Source: Antechinus flavipes (lineage: Eukaryota). From it: DNA of 64,000 nt. Where the stretch lies: positions 164,548,001 to 164,612,000 of the forward strand of contig NC_067398.1 of the NCBI RefSeq assembly GCF_016432865.1, written 5' to 3'. The translations under genes were made by a program, and so were the position numbers. This document shows, in pieces, positions 53,301-64,000 of this stretch; positions within the stretch are counted from its first letter, which is position 1, and each line of letters begins with the position of its first letter. Under the pieces are notes generated by a model, which saw only the letters and a program-made list of their open reading frames with translations, was not told the DNA's origin and searched no databases.

Positions 53301-54438
53301 CAGAGCAAATGTTCCTCCCATGGCAGCCTCTTTACAGTAATACTTCAGATCAATCTATTTGATTCTCTTCACTCTGGGGGCTCTTAGGAAGAGAGAGGTC
53401 TCCAGTGCTTCCAATAAGGACATGAGGGGAGGTAGGAGGGAGAGTAATTGTTCCCTGAGTCATTTGCTCGGAAGGTCAGCTTGTGCCCCTGACTTGCTCA
53501 TGATTTCTTTCCTGTGAATTATATCAACCAAAGACCACATGGGTCATCATGAAGGATAACTAGAGACATTACAGGCTTCCCAAAAGCCTGTATATATCCT
53601 GATGTCTCTAGCTGCAGCAGAGAAGCATTGTGCCCTGAATCTCTGCTACTGAAATTATCCCAGGAAGTCAGGTGAGTTAAAGACCAGGCTTGATGCCCTG
53701 TGCTTTCACAGAGAAGCCAAAATTGAACTGTGAAACTAGGAAACAAGTTATTTTTTAAAAAGAAAGAGAGAGAGATTATGGTCCACTGAAAAGTGGCCTA
53801 GATCTGAAATCAAAGGAAATTAGTGGAGCAAATTATTTCATATTTGGTGTGACCTCGACCTCAATATGCTCCTCTGTAAATGGAGGGGATTGGATTAGAC
53901 ATTTTCTAAGGTCTCTTTTGGGGCACCTAGGTGGCACAGTGGATAGAGTGGCAGTCTGAAATCAGGAAGATTCATTTTGCTGAGTTCAAATCTGGCCTCA
54001 GACACAAACTATGATCCTGGGCAAGTCACTTAATCCTGTTTGCCTCAGTTTCCTCATCTATAAAATGAGCTGGAGAAAGAAACAGCAAACCACTCTAATG
54101 TCTTTGCCAATAAAACCCCAAAAGGGGTAGCAAACAGTTAGACATGATTTAACAATAGCATGCTTTTCATCTTTATAATCCTAAAAACATGAAATCTAGA
54201 TATTAACATTTTGTTTTTCCATTATGTAAAAAAAAAAAACTGGAAAATTCAATTGATAGGGGAATTTTTCTTAAATTATGGCTCATGAATATAATGCAAT
54301 AATACTATCCACAGGAACTAGAATATTGTGCCCACTTTCTCTTTATAAATGTCCCCTATGATCTGGACCCATATGGTCAGTCTAGATTGGGTTTAGTCCT
54401 AGTAAAACCAGGTCTCTATTGAGATAAGGTCTATACAA

Positions 54439-54741
54439 TTTTCAGATGAAGAAATTGAAATCATTTCCAGTCATATGAAAAACTGTGGATCTCAACATAG
54501 CATTTTCATTTCTTTTGTTGTTGTTTGCTTGAATTTTATTTATTGTATAAGTGTGTATGCCTATATTGGTTTTATATATATTTTTACCATGTTTAACATA
54601 TATTGGATTACTTGCCATCTAGTGGAGGAGGTGGAGGGAAGAGTGAGAAATTGGAACACAAGGTTTTGCAAGGGTCAGTGTTGAAAAATTATCCTTGCAT
54701 ATGTTCTGCAAATTAAAAGCTTCAATGAAAAATTTTAAAAA
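54439..54741 (+). mobile_element. Short L1 insertion with an internal deletion
   Basis: ~45 nt of ORF2 (FSDEEIEIISSHMK) fused to 3'UTR; TSD gagataaggtctatacaa (54421-54438) / gagatagggtctacaa (54742-54757). Confidence 0.8.
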
Positions 54742-55058
54742 GAGATAGGGTCTACAACTCTCTTTTTCCCCCATTCCTCAGCTCATAAAACTTACACCCT
54801 GAGGACAAATTATTTAAAGTTAGGCTGAGGTATCTAGATTTCCACCAGCACCCCTGTTAAAAGGGAGAATAGAAAATTATTCAATATAGAACATAAATCA
54901 CGTATGGGACAGGTATTAATTTCCTACCGTCAAAAGAATTGCTAAAATATAAAAAAAAAAAAACCACTTACACAAGAACACACTGACTTAAACTCAGCAA
55001 GAAGCAGAGTTATTGTTAAACCCAGATCTGAGATATATACTTAAAACTATATGCATAT

Positions 55059-55207
55059 GGGGTGGCTAGGTGGTACAGTGAATAGAGCACTAGCCCTGAA
55101 GTCAGGAGGACCTGAGTTCAAATCTGACCTCAGACACTTAATGCTTCCTAGTTGTGTGACCCTGGGCAAGTCACTTAACCCCAATTGCCTCAGCCAAAAA
55201 AAAAAAA
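55059..55207 (+). mobile_element. Young WSINE1-like SINE
   Basis: Intact ggggtggctaggtggtacagtg head, B-box gagttcaaatc and A12 tail. Confidence 0.92.
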
Positions 55208-58200
55208 TTAATATAAAGCAGTTTGTGGAACTTCAGATTGAGTGTTTTATATGCCAGGTTTATATAGTGCTTTTGTTGTTGTTTATCTTCTCTCTAAGAC
55301 CAAGGAGAGATTTCTGGAGATTCCTCTCTTGCCCTCACTCAGCTGTGACCAATGGAGTCAGGACCTCCAGACCCGTCAAACTTAGAACATTCCCTCTAAA
55401 CCTGGACACATGGATCTTAGGACGGCTATGGGCAAGATCACCATAATCCTTAGAATGGACATGGGCCAGTCCTTTCTCACCCCTCACTCCAAGTCTCAGA
55501 ACTCACTCTGGATGCCTCCCAGAGGATCAAAGGAAGAGAGAAAAGGAGAAGTTACCTCTGTTTTTAGCCCAGGAAGTATTCCACTCCATTCCCATACTGA
55601 CTGCTGGGGAACCACTCAGGTTTTGTTACATGGCCAGATTTAAGCCCCAGAGCTTAGTGGCCACTTAGAACCAGGAAGGGTAATTCTGAGCATGTTCCAA
55701 GGGATGACCCTTCTCATACCTGCAGCCTCTCCCCCCCCCCCCCCACCTCTCACATATTACATCATCTCCCCACAGAGGGTCAGCTGGTCTGCCCAAGATA
55801 TATCAACACAAAAAGTAGCACAAATCTGGCTTAAATACCTACCCTTTCCTTAAACTGTGTGAGTGAAATCCCTGATGAGTCTTTCTAGCATCCAGGCCAG
55901 CTGTGTATTACCATCTATGTTCCTGTTGGTAGCAAATTAATCCAGTTAAAATCAACACTGCATTCTAGAATGATAGCACATTTATTTGTCACAAAATTCC
56001 CTTATTCCCTGATTCTCTGACAAGTTCCTCTAGTTATTATGTTAATTATAAGTCCTTAAGGGCAGAGATAGTGTCCTCTCTTCTCCCCAGTGCCTAGTGT
56101 GGTACTTCACATATTGGCAGGCATCCAATAAATATTGATAATAATGACAATGATGGTGATGATAATTTTTATTCATTTTCTAAGACCTGGACAAACAAAT
56201 AAATACCTTTATTTTCTGGCAGAACAAACAAAAAAAATGGAGTTCATTCTGATTACATGAAATAATAATGACAATAATAATAATGATGATACCTTCCATT
56301 TGCATATTGCTCTGATGATATATCTAATGCTATCATGGGGTATTTTCATTTCCTCTAAATGAATTACCTGTGAAAGCTGTTTAAAATCAACATTTTAACA
56401 TGATCTTAGGAGGCAGTTTGAAGGCATTCTTATGAAGGGTTAATTTGAAAAATGTCCTCAAAGTTTATTAATATATTCCAGCAGATTATGGAAATATGCT
56501 ACAATGTAGGTACGCCTAATTAACACAAGCCTAACATGCAGGCCAATAATTGGACACTTCCTATTCTCTCTGAGTTCACCTCCTGCATAGAATGTTTTAA
56601 TGAGATGGTGAGAAAGCATTGAGTTGAGTTAGACTGCAAAACCACTCAATCACCCCATGTTGTTCACAGGGAGGTATCAATAAGGGTAGATACAGAATGT
56701 TTCAGGCAGACAAAGGCTTATTCATCTCCCTTCGCATATTAATCTTTCCTGAGCAGAAATATTTCACTTTGAGAAGATCAGTGAGCATAACAATCAAGCT
56801 AGCAAAGATTACAAGCCCTCTGGTTTCTTAAACCTGGCTTATAGAGGAAAATCACTTCACCTTGCTTTTTGAAATGAGAATAAAGTCACTGAACTCACAG
56901 AAAACGGATGGTAGTTCTTTGCAAAATGCTCAGCACAGAAAAAAGGGAAAGGGGGTGCTTTGTGCTAGGACCAGATAGCTATAAACCTGAAAGTTTATCT
57001 GGCCCATACCAGTCAAATAGGCTGTCTTATAGACAAATAATGTCCATAAACAGCTGAGTAGCTTAGTGAATAGAGCGTCATATTTGGAGTCAAGATAGTT
57101 GTTGTTTCCATGGTTGTTCAATTGTTTTCAATTTTGCTTAACTCTTTCCGACCCTGTTTGGGGTTCTCTTGGCAAAGATACTAACGTGATTTGCCATTTC
57201 TTTTTCCAGTTTATTTCTTACAGATAAATAAATTGAGGCAACAAACATGACGTTGGACAGATTTTGGGAAATAGTGGAAGACAGAAAGGTCTGGCTTGCT
57301 ATGGTCCATTGGGTCATGAAGAGTTGGATAGATTGATTGAACAACAGTAACAAACTGAGGCAAACAGGAACTTGAATTCTGATCCTATTTCAGACATACT
57401 TAGCTGTAGGATTCTAAACAAATCACTTCTTCCCTCTGCTTCAGTTAACTCACCTATAAAATTAGGATAATAATAATATTTATCTCACAGAGCTGTTGTA
57501 AGAATTTAATGCAATAATATATGTAAAAATACATTGCAAACTTTAACATGATATTCAAATGCTAATTGTTATTTTTCTTTCCCCTATTAGATTGTAAACT
57601 AAATGCAACCAGGGCTGTCCTTCAATTTTCTTTGTATTCCCAGCTCTTAATGCAGTGCCTGGCACATCATAGGTGCTTAATAAATGTTTATTGAATTGAT
57701 TGACTAATAGATATTTATCATATCCTAAGGAGATAATAAGATGGGTTTGAAGTCAGGGAAGAGGATTTACTCTCTTCTGTCACATACTCACAGAATTTAA
57801 CCTGTGTGAGCCTCAGTTCCCTTTTACTTAAAATGAGGGATATAAACTATATGACTTCTGAGATCCCTTTCAAGTCTAAACGTATGATCCTCTGATTCTG
57901 TATTCCATCAGTATGGTAGAAGCAAAAGCAGAAGATCTTTAAGATCTTCAGCAAAGTCTTTCTTAGATCTGGCCCTCACTTGCTTTGATTATAAAATGAA
58001 TAGGTTGAATTTCATAATCTCCTAAAAATGGAAAATGTAGAATCATTCTTTATTATGTACAATTTTGCAGCAGAGAGTGCTGGACTTGGAGTCAATAAGA
58101 CACATGTTCAAATTCCCCCTCAAACAATTAGTAGCAAGGTGATCCTGGACAAGTCACTTAACCAGGGGGGTTAATTGATCTTGTGCATCCTAGCACAACC

Positions 58201-58336
58201 TCAGTCCCAAAGCTCAATCGCTGCTGATTGAAGGAAATCAATACCTATACCTGCAAGAAGGAGTGGCAGAGTTGATGAAAGGAGAAAGGAGAACTCTTCA
58301 TTTTTCTTTGTACTCTCTTCAAGTTTGTCTTTTTGT

Positions 58337-60122
58337 CTTAAATAATTGGAAAAATATTAAGTGCTCTTGGATAGGCCGAGAGAATATAATAATGACAATA
58401 CTCCCTAAACTAATCTATTTATTTAGTGCTATACCAATCAGACTCCCAAGAAAATATTTTAATGATCTGGAAAAAATAACAACAAAATTCATATGGAAGA
58501 ACAAAAGATGGAGAATCTCAAGGGAATTAATGAAAAAAAAATCAAATTAAGGTGGCCTAGCTGTACCTGATCTAAAACTATATTATAAAGCAACAGTTAC
58601 TAAAACCATTTGGTATTGGCTAAGAAATAGATTAGTTGATCAGTGGAAAAGGTTAGGTTCACCAGACAAAATAGTCAACTATAGCAATCTAGTGTTTGAC
58701 AAACCCAAAGATCCTAACTTTTGGGATAAGAATTCATTATTTGACAAAAACTCTGGGATAATTGGAAATTAGTATGGCAGAAATTAGGCATGGACCCACA
58801 CCTAACACTGTACACCAAGATAAGATCAAAATGGGTCCATGATTTAGGCATAAAGAACGAGATTATAAATAAATTAGAGGAACATAGGATAGTTTACCTC
58901 TCAGACTTGTGGAAGAGGAAGAAATTTGTGACCAAAGATGAACTAGAGACCATTACTGATCACAAAATAGAAAATTTTGATTACATCAAATTAAAAAGCC
59001 TTTGTACAAACAAAACTAATGCAAACAAGATTAGAAGCGAAGCAACAAACTGGGAAAACATCTTCACAGTTAAATGTTCTGATAAAGGCCTCATTTCCAA
59101 AATATATAGAGAATTGACTCAAATTTATAAGAAATCAAGCCATTCTCCAATTGATAAATGGTCAAAGGATATGAATAGACAATTTTCAGATGATGAAATT
59201 GAAACTATTTCCACTCATGTGAATGTTCCAAATCACTATTGATCAGAGAAATGCAAATTAAAACAACTCTGAGATACCACTACACACCTGTCAGATTGGC
59301 TAAGATGACAGGAAAAAATAATAATGAATGTTGGAGGGGATGCGGGAAAATTGGGACACTAATGTATTATTGGTGGAGTTGTGAACGAATCCTACCATTC
59401 TAGAGAGCAATCTGGAACTATGCCAAAAAAGTTATCAAACTGTGCATACCCTTTGATCCAGCAGTGTTTCTATTGGGCTTATATCCCAAAGAAATACAAA
59501 AGAAGGGAAAGGGACCTGTATGTGCCAAAATGTTTGTGGCAGCCCTGTTTGTAGTGGTTAGAAACTGGAAAATGAATGGATGCCCATCAATTGGAGAATG
59601 GTTGGGTAAATTGTGGTATATGAACGTTATGGAATATTATTGTTCTGTAAGAAATGACCAGCAGGATGAATACAGAGAGACTTGGAGAGACTTACATGAA
59701 CTGATGCTAAGTGAAATGAGCAGAACCAGGAGATCATTATATACTTCAACAACGATACTGTATGAGGATGTATTCTGATGGAAGTAGATTTCTTTGACAA
59801 AGAGAAGATTTAACTCAGTTTCAATTGATCAACGATGGACAGAAGCAGCTACACCCAAAGAAAGAACACTGGGAAATGAATTTAAACTGTGCAACAAGAA
59901 AACTGTCTGGTTGTGCACACATATATGATATCTAGAATATGCTGTGACATATTTAACATATATAGGACTGCTTGCCATCTGGGGGAGGGGGTGGAGGGAG
60001 GGAGGGGAAAAATCGGAACAGAAGTGAGTGCAAGGGATAATGTTTAAAAAATTACCCTGGCATGGATTCAGTCAATTAAAAAGTTATTTTTTAAAAATTA
60101 CCTCAACTACAAAAAAAAAGAA
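58337..60122 (+). mobile_element. Relatively young 5'-truncated L1 (ORF2 C-terminal half plus 3'UTR), inactivated
   Basis: ORF2 peptides [54 protein letters not shown]; premature TAA at 58548-58550; frameshift near 59220; perfect 16-bp TSD aagtttgtctttttgt at 58321-58336 and 60123-60138. Confidence 0.97.
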
Positions 60123-61039
60123 AAGTTTGTCTTTTTGTGCTCTGTACTCCCTTTGCATGCTCCTGACTTTCAAGTTCAAGAGTGAAGATGGGCAATGTTA
60201 ACTCTACTTTAAGTTGCTCATTGAAGAGACTCTGCATGAGAGGAGCTGGCAGGCTCCACATGCCCTTATTCCAGTTTGCTACACTAGAGACTTTGGAGAA
60301 CTTCCCTTTGTGTGAGATCGGGGACTCTCTCTCTTGGTTGAGTTGAGTTACCTTGCTCCCAGTGGTAAAGCTCCTTTAATTTGTATTGTATGGGATATGG
60401 TCTTCTATGTATACTTTCTCTGAACTCTGTTTTGTTTTGATTTGGTTGAATGGTTTCCTGGATACCTGTTATATGGAATTAGCACTTGGTGGGAAAGGAG
60501 TCAAACCTTGGATATAAAACTTGGATTTCCCAATAACGAATCAATGACCAGAAGTTATCTTGAACTTGAAAATCACATCCCATAGATTAACAATATTTAA
60601 GAGAGCAGATAAATATATTTCTAACCTGACAGCCCCTTTTTCTGAGAAGATCAGAAGGATCAACCTTTTGGCCTTAACTTCCTGTTTCCTCTCCTGGCAG
60701 GAAAAGGCTTCCTTAAAGAAGGATTGGGGAAGAAGCTAGAGATGTCTGCTTTCCATACTACATGGGGCAGGGGAGGGGGATAGTCCTTATTATATTAAGA
60801 ATAGAAAAAAAGACATAATCAAAAGTCATTTCCTGGGAAGAAACAATAAAAACTTTCAAAAAATAAATTATGGGAGGAGGACAAAGAGAAGGTAGATTTA
60901 AAGATGAGTCCAAGGTTCAAATTTCATCAAACTTCAAGAAATTGAAGAGAGCTATTAAGCTGACTCAGTCTTTATTTCTCCATGGTAACAAAAACCAATA
61001 AGCATCCCAATTACTCTTATCTGATTTGTAAAATCCTAT

Positions 61040-61330
61040 TTTCTCACACTTCAATCATTCTGATTGTTTTTTCTCTGGAACTGCTCCAAGACAGTACCAT
61101 TGTTCAGGCTGTAGAATATAAGACTAGACCCAGAATTCCTAAGAGCAGGTCTTGACCAGTGCTTAGTAGAGAGGAAGGATAAACTAATGTTTCTTTGAGG
61201 CTATAATCCCATTTCTTGATAATTTGCTTTAAAAATGAAATAAAACAAAACACATCGAATAGCAGTACTTTACTCTCTGCTAGTCACTACAACCTTTTAG
61301 AAAACTACAACCATCAACATTCCAAGCCAG
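61040..61330 (-). mobile_element. CR1/L3 fragment, degraded
   Basis: acccagaattcc...ggtcttgaccagtgcttagtagag resembles the antisense CR1 3' RT region. Confidence 0.5.
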
Positions 61331-61854
61331 CTGCCATATTGTTTAAGGATTTCTTGATTCCCATTTGATTCCTTTCCTTGTCCATCCTCTCTCTTTCCCC
61401 CTCAAAAAGAGAGTATGACTTAAAAAAGATGTGACATCAGAAAATAGTCATATTACTAACATGAATATTTTTGTTGCAATGCTTTTCTATCAAGCTCTAT
61501 TTTTCTTTATTATATATAAATTACTTTTCAAAAATCATTTTTCCAACTTGTCTCCACATTTTGAATTCTCATTTTATATAACCTTGTGCCAATCCCAGCT
61601 CCCAAGACTTCTCTTTGTGACAAAACCCTACACTTTATTAATTAAATAATTGATTTGAATATTAAGTAGGCCTGAACTCAAAATAAAATTGCTACTTATG
61701 TAGCCTGGGAGGGAGAAGATCCTCTGGAAAAATAAAGCTATCCCTGAGACAGAACAAATCATAACAGACAATTCTAATTTTTTAATGCTGAAAAGGATTT
61801 GATGAATTAAAAAGAAAGCAATGCTCTGTGTTTGTTTTCATTGGCTTACTCTGG

Positions 61855-62400
61855 TCTGTTTGCTCCTTGGAAGGAACATGGTGACAAATCTGAATGGAAT
61901 ATTAAAAAGCAGAGACATCACCTTGCCTATAAAGATCCACATAGTTGAAGCTATGGTTTTTCCATTAGCAATATGTGGTTATGAGAGTTGGACTATAAGG
62001 AAAGTAGACTGCTACAGAATTGACACTTTCAAATTGTGGAGTTAGGGAAGAATTTTGAGAGTCTGTTGGACAATAAGGACATCAAATCAGTTAATATGTG
62101 AAGAACTTAATTCAGATTATTTACCAGAAGGTCAAATTCTGAAGCTGAAGCTTAAATACTTTAACTTACTTAAATAAACTTTAAAATACTTAAAAGACAG
62201 GACTTATTAAAAAGGACCATGATGTTGGGGAAGGTTGAAGGCAAAAGGAGAAGATGATGGCAGAAGATGAGATGGATAGTGTTAGGGAAGCAATAAACAT
62301 GAACTTAGACAGACTTTGCAAAATAGTGGTGAATAGAAGGGCTTGGAGTCTTATAAGTCCATAGGGTCATGAAGACTTGGACACAATTCACTGATTGAAT
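61855..62400 (+). mobile_element. BovB (RTE clade) LINE 3' end
   Basis: LLLGRNMVTNLNGILKSRDITLPIKIHIVEAMVFPLAICGYESWTIRK closely follows recalled BovB LLLGRKVMTNLDSILKSRDITLPTKVRLVKAMVFPVVMYGCESWTVKK. Confidence 0.93.
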
Positions 62401-63689
62401 AATAGCTCTTGTCTTGAAAAATGTGCTCAGCTTTTCCACCAATGGAGACTCCTTTAAACTTTTCACCAGTGTTACTGGTACTCAACATTGGTGATAGAGC
62501 CATGTTTTCTGATGACAAGTCTCTTTTAAGTCAAGCTCTCTCTATGAAGGGGAAGGAAAGGATGGCCAGGGAATAGGAATTCCATTCAACTGGAAATCAG
62601 AGAATCCTTAAACAATAAAATAGAGGCTCAGAGTGTTTTTGGATATGGTTATTAGATCTTTTTGGCACTGTATAGTGTTAAAATTCTTGAGTTTTAAATA
62701 TATATATATACATATTTGTATAATGTACCTAATTATTTTAATAAAACAAACAACTACAAACTATTTCAGGGTGCAGTTCTGGTGGAGACTTAAACTGCCA
62801 GTGATCTTATTGCCTTGAGAGGGACTAGGTTGTTATTAAACTTTAGATAAGCTCCAGGCTATGATACCTACACTCCTGGGAAATTTTCTTGACATGATAA
62901 TGTCTCTGTCTGTGTTTTCCCTGGTTTGATGACTAGTGTGAAGTCATGGGGGAAATCAGGGCATTATGTCTGCACTAACCCCTCCCCAAATTCATACCCA
63001 GTCTCCATTCTTTTCCACTTAGTGTACTATGGCCACGCTTCATTTTTTATGTCAAGGTTTAATTTCTCAGGAACGCTTGAGTCTGTCAGAATAAGGTCTT
63101 TCAGATACAGATCAGGATGCATTTTAGATACATAGTGACTATTTGAGACTTTGCCCCATCACCCCAAGGATGAATCTGAGAGCTCAGCCTTAGCACCTAT
63201 CTCACATGGTTGTGCTGGGGATCAAATGAGATAATGTATGTGAAAGGACTTTGGAAAACTGTGAAAGTGCTGTATAAATATAGGATATTTATTATTTTTC
63301 CCTTCAAGCAATACTGTCCTACCTAACTGGGATAATCATCTATCAAAGGCTAGTAGACACTTCCAAAGCTATTGCTAACTTTCCCCTGATCTTATATATA
63401 AATGAACTGCAAGCCTGGTGGCTCAAGTGCTGGGATAAATGGATATTGGTAGTAGAACTACCAATGAAAGAGTACTAGTAATAGAATGAAATAAAAGGGA
63501 AGGTAGGTGAAGGTGAAGGCTGGAGGGAAGGAGAAGAATAGAAAAGTTTACTTATGTCACTCAGCTCTCCCAATCCTTAATGTCAAATTATGGGGAGTAT
63601 CTTTCTAGCCCTTTATAGCAAGACCATTCTTCTACACACAGAATGACCATCAAAATCGATCTCCCATGCAATTTGTAACTAAGAGACAG

Positions 63690-63930
63690 CATGCTATTAG
63701 TAGCCAGATAGGTTGATCTGAAGTTGAAAACACTTGGATTCAAATCCCATATTGATGCTTGCAAACCACCATGAACCATGGTGACCAAGACCATGAACAA
63801 ATCACTTGACTTTCAGCAGCCTCAGTTTCCTCAGCTGCAAAAGAGAATAATAATGCTATCACTTCCATCACTGCAGTGCTCTGAGGTTAGGGTTTTGCAA
63901 AGTTTAGAATACTGTATAAATATCGATAGC
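63690..63930 (+). mobile_element. MIR-like CORE-SINE
   Basis: ggattcaaatccc...cctcagtttcctcagctgcaaaagagaataataat. Confidence 0.75.
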
Positions 63931-63934
63931 CATT

Positions 63935-64000
63935 AACCATGCTACAGAGATGGTCATACTCTTGATCTTGCCATCACCCACAAGTGTTTCATTTCCATAT
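63935..64000 (+). mobile_element. L2 endonuclease-region fragment running off the window end
   Basis: ..RDGHTLDLAITHKC resembles the L2 EN motif H.DGHTLDL. Confidence 0.65.

Noticed and set aside
55051-55446. 131-aa ORF
   Set aside because: The first half is a translated WSINE1 SINE; the rest is read-through.
58790-59242. 150-aa ORF, longest in the window
   Set aside because: Fragment of L1 ORF2 in a truncated copy with stops and frameshifts; not a host gene.
1-64000. CRISPR arrays, operons, rRNA or other prokaryotic systems
   Set aside because: The sequence is mammalian; no regularly spaced repeat-spacer array or rRNA similarity was seen.

Overview
AT-rich, CpG-depleted mammalian genomic DNA with two assembly gaps. 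The repeats (WSINE1-like and MAR1-like SINEs, marsupial-type L1 3' ends, BovB and other RTE LINEs, abundant L2/MIR/CR1) point to a marsupial, probably Australian (inference, no database search). I find no intact protein-coding gene; almost all ORF-track entries are chance ORFs or transposon pieces. The one host-gene-derived sequence I recognise is an old, intronless, disabled ARL1 retrocopy (~47307-48400) split by a CORE-SINE insertion. Other notable structure: (1) an exact 187-bp local copy placed where a Tigger MITE breaks off; (2) three copies of an ORF1-only 'half-L1' element, one lacking even ORF1 and nested in a second Tigger MITE; (3) several nested insertions with readable target-site duplications (TSDs); (4) a bulged hairpin in unique DNA. 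I found no convincing new biological system. Repeat family names come from recalled consensus sequences, and boundaries of old repeats are approximate.
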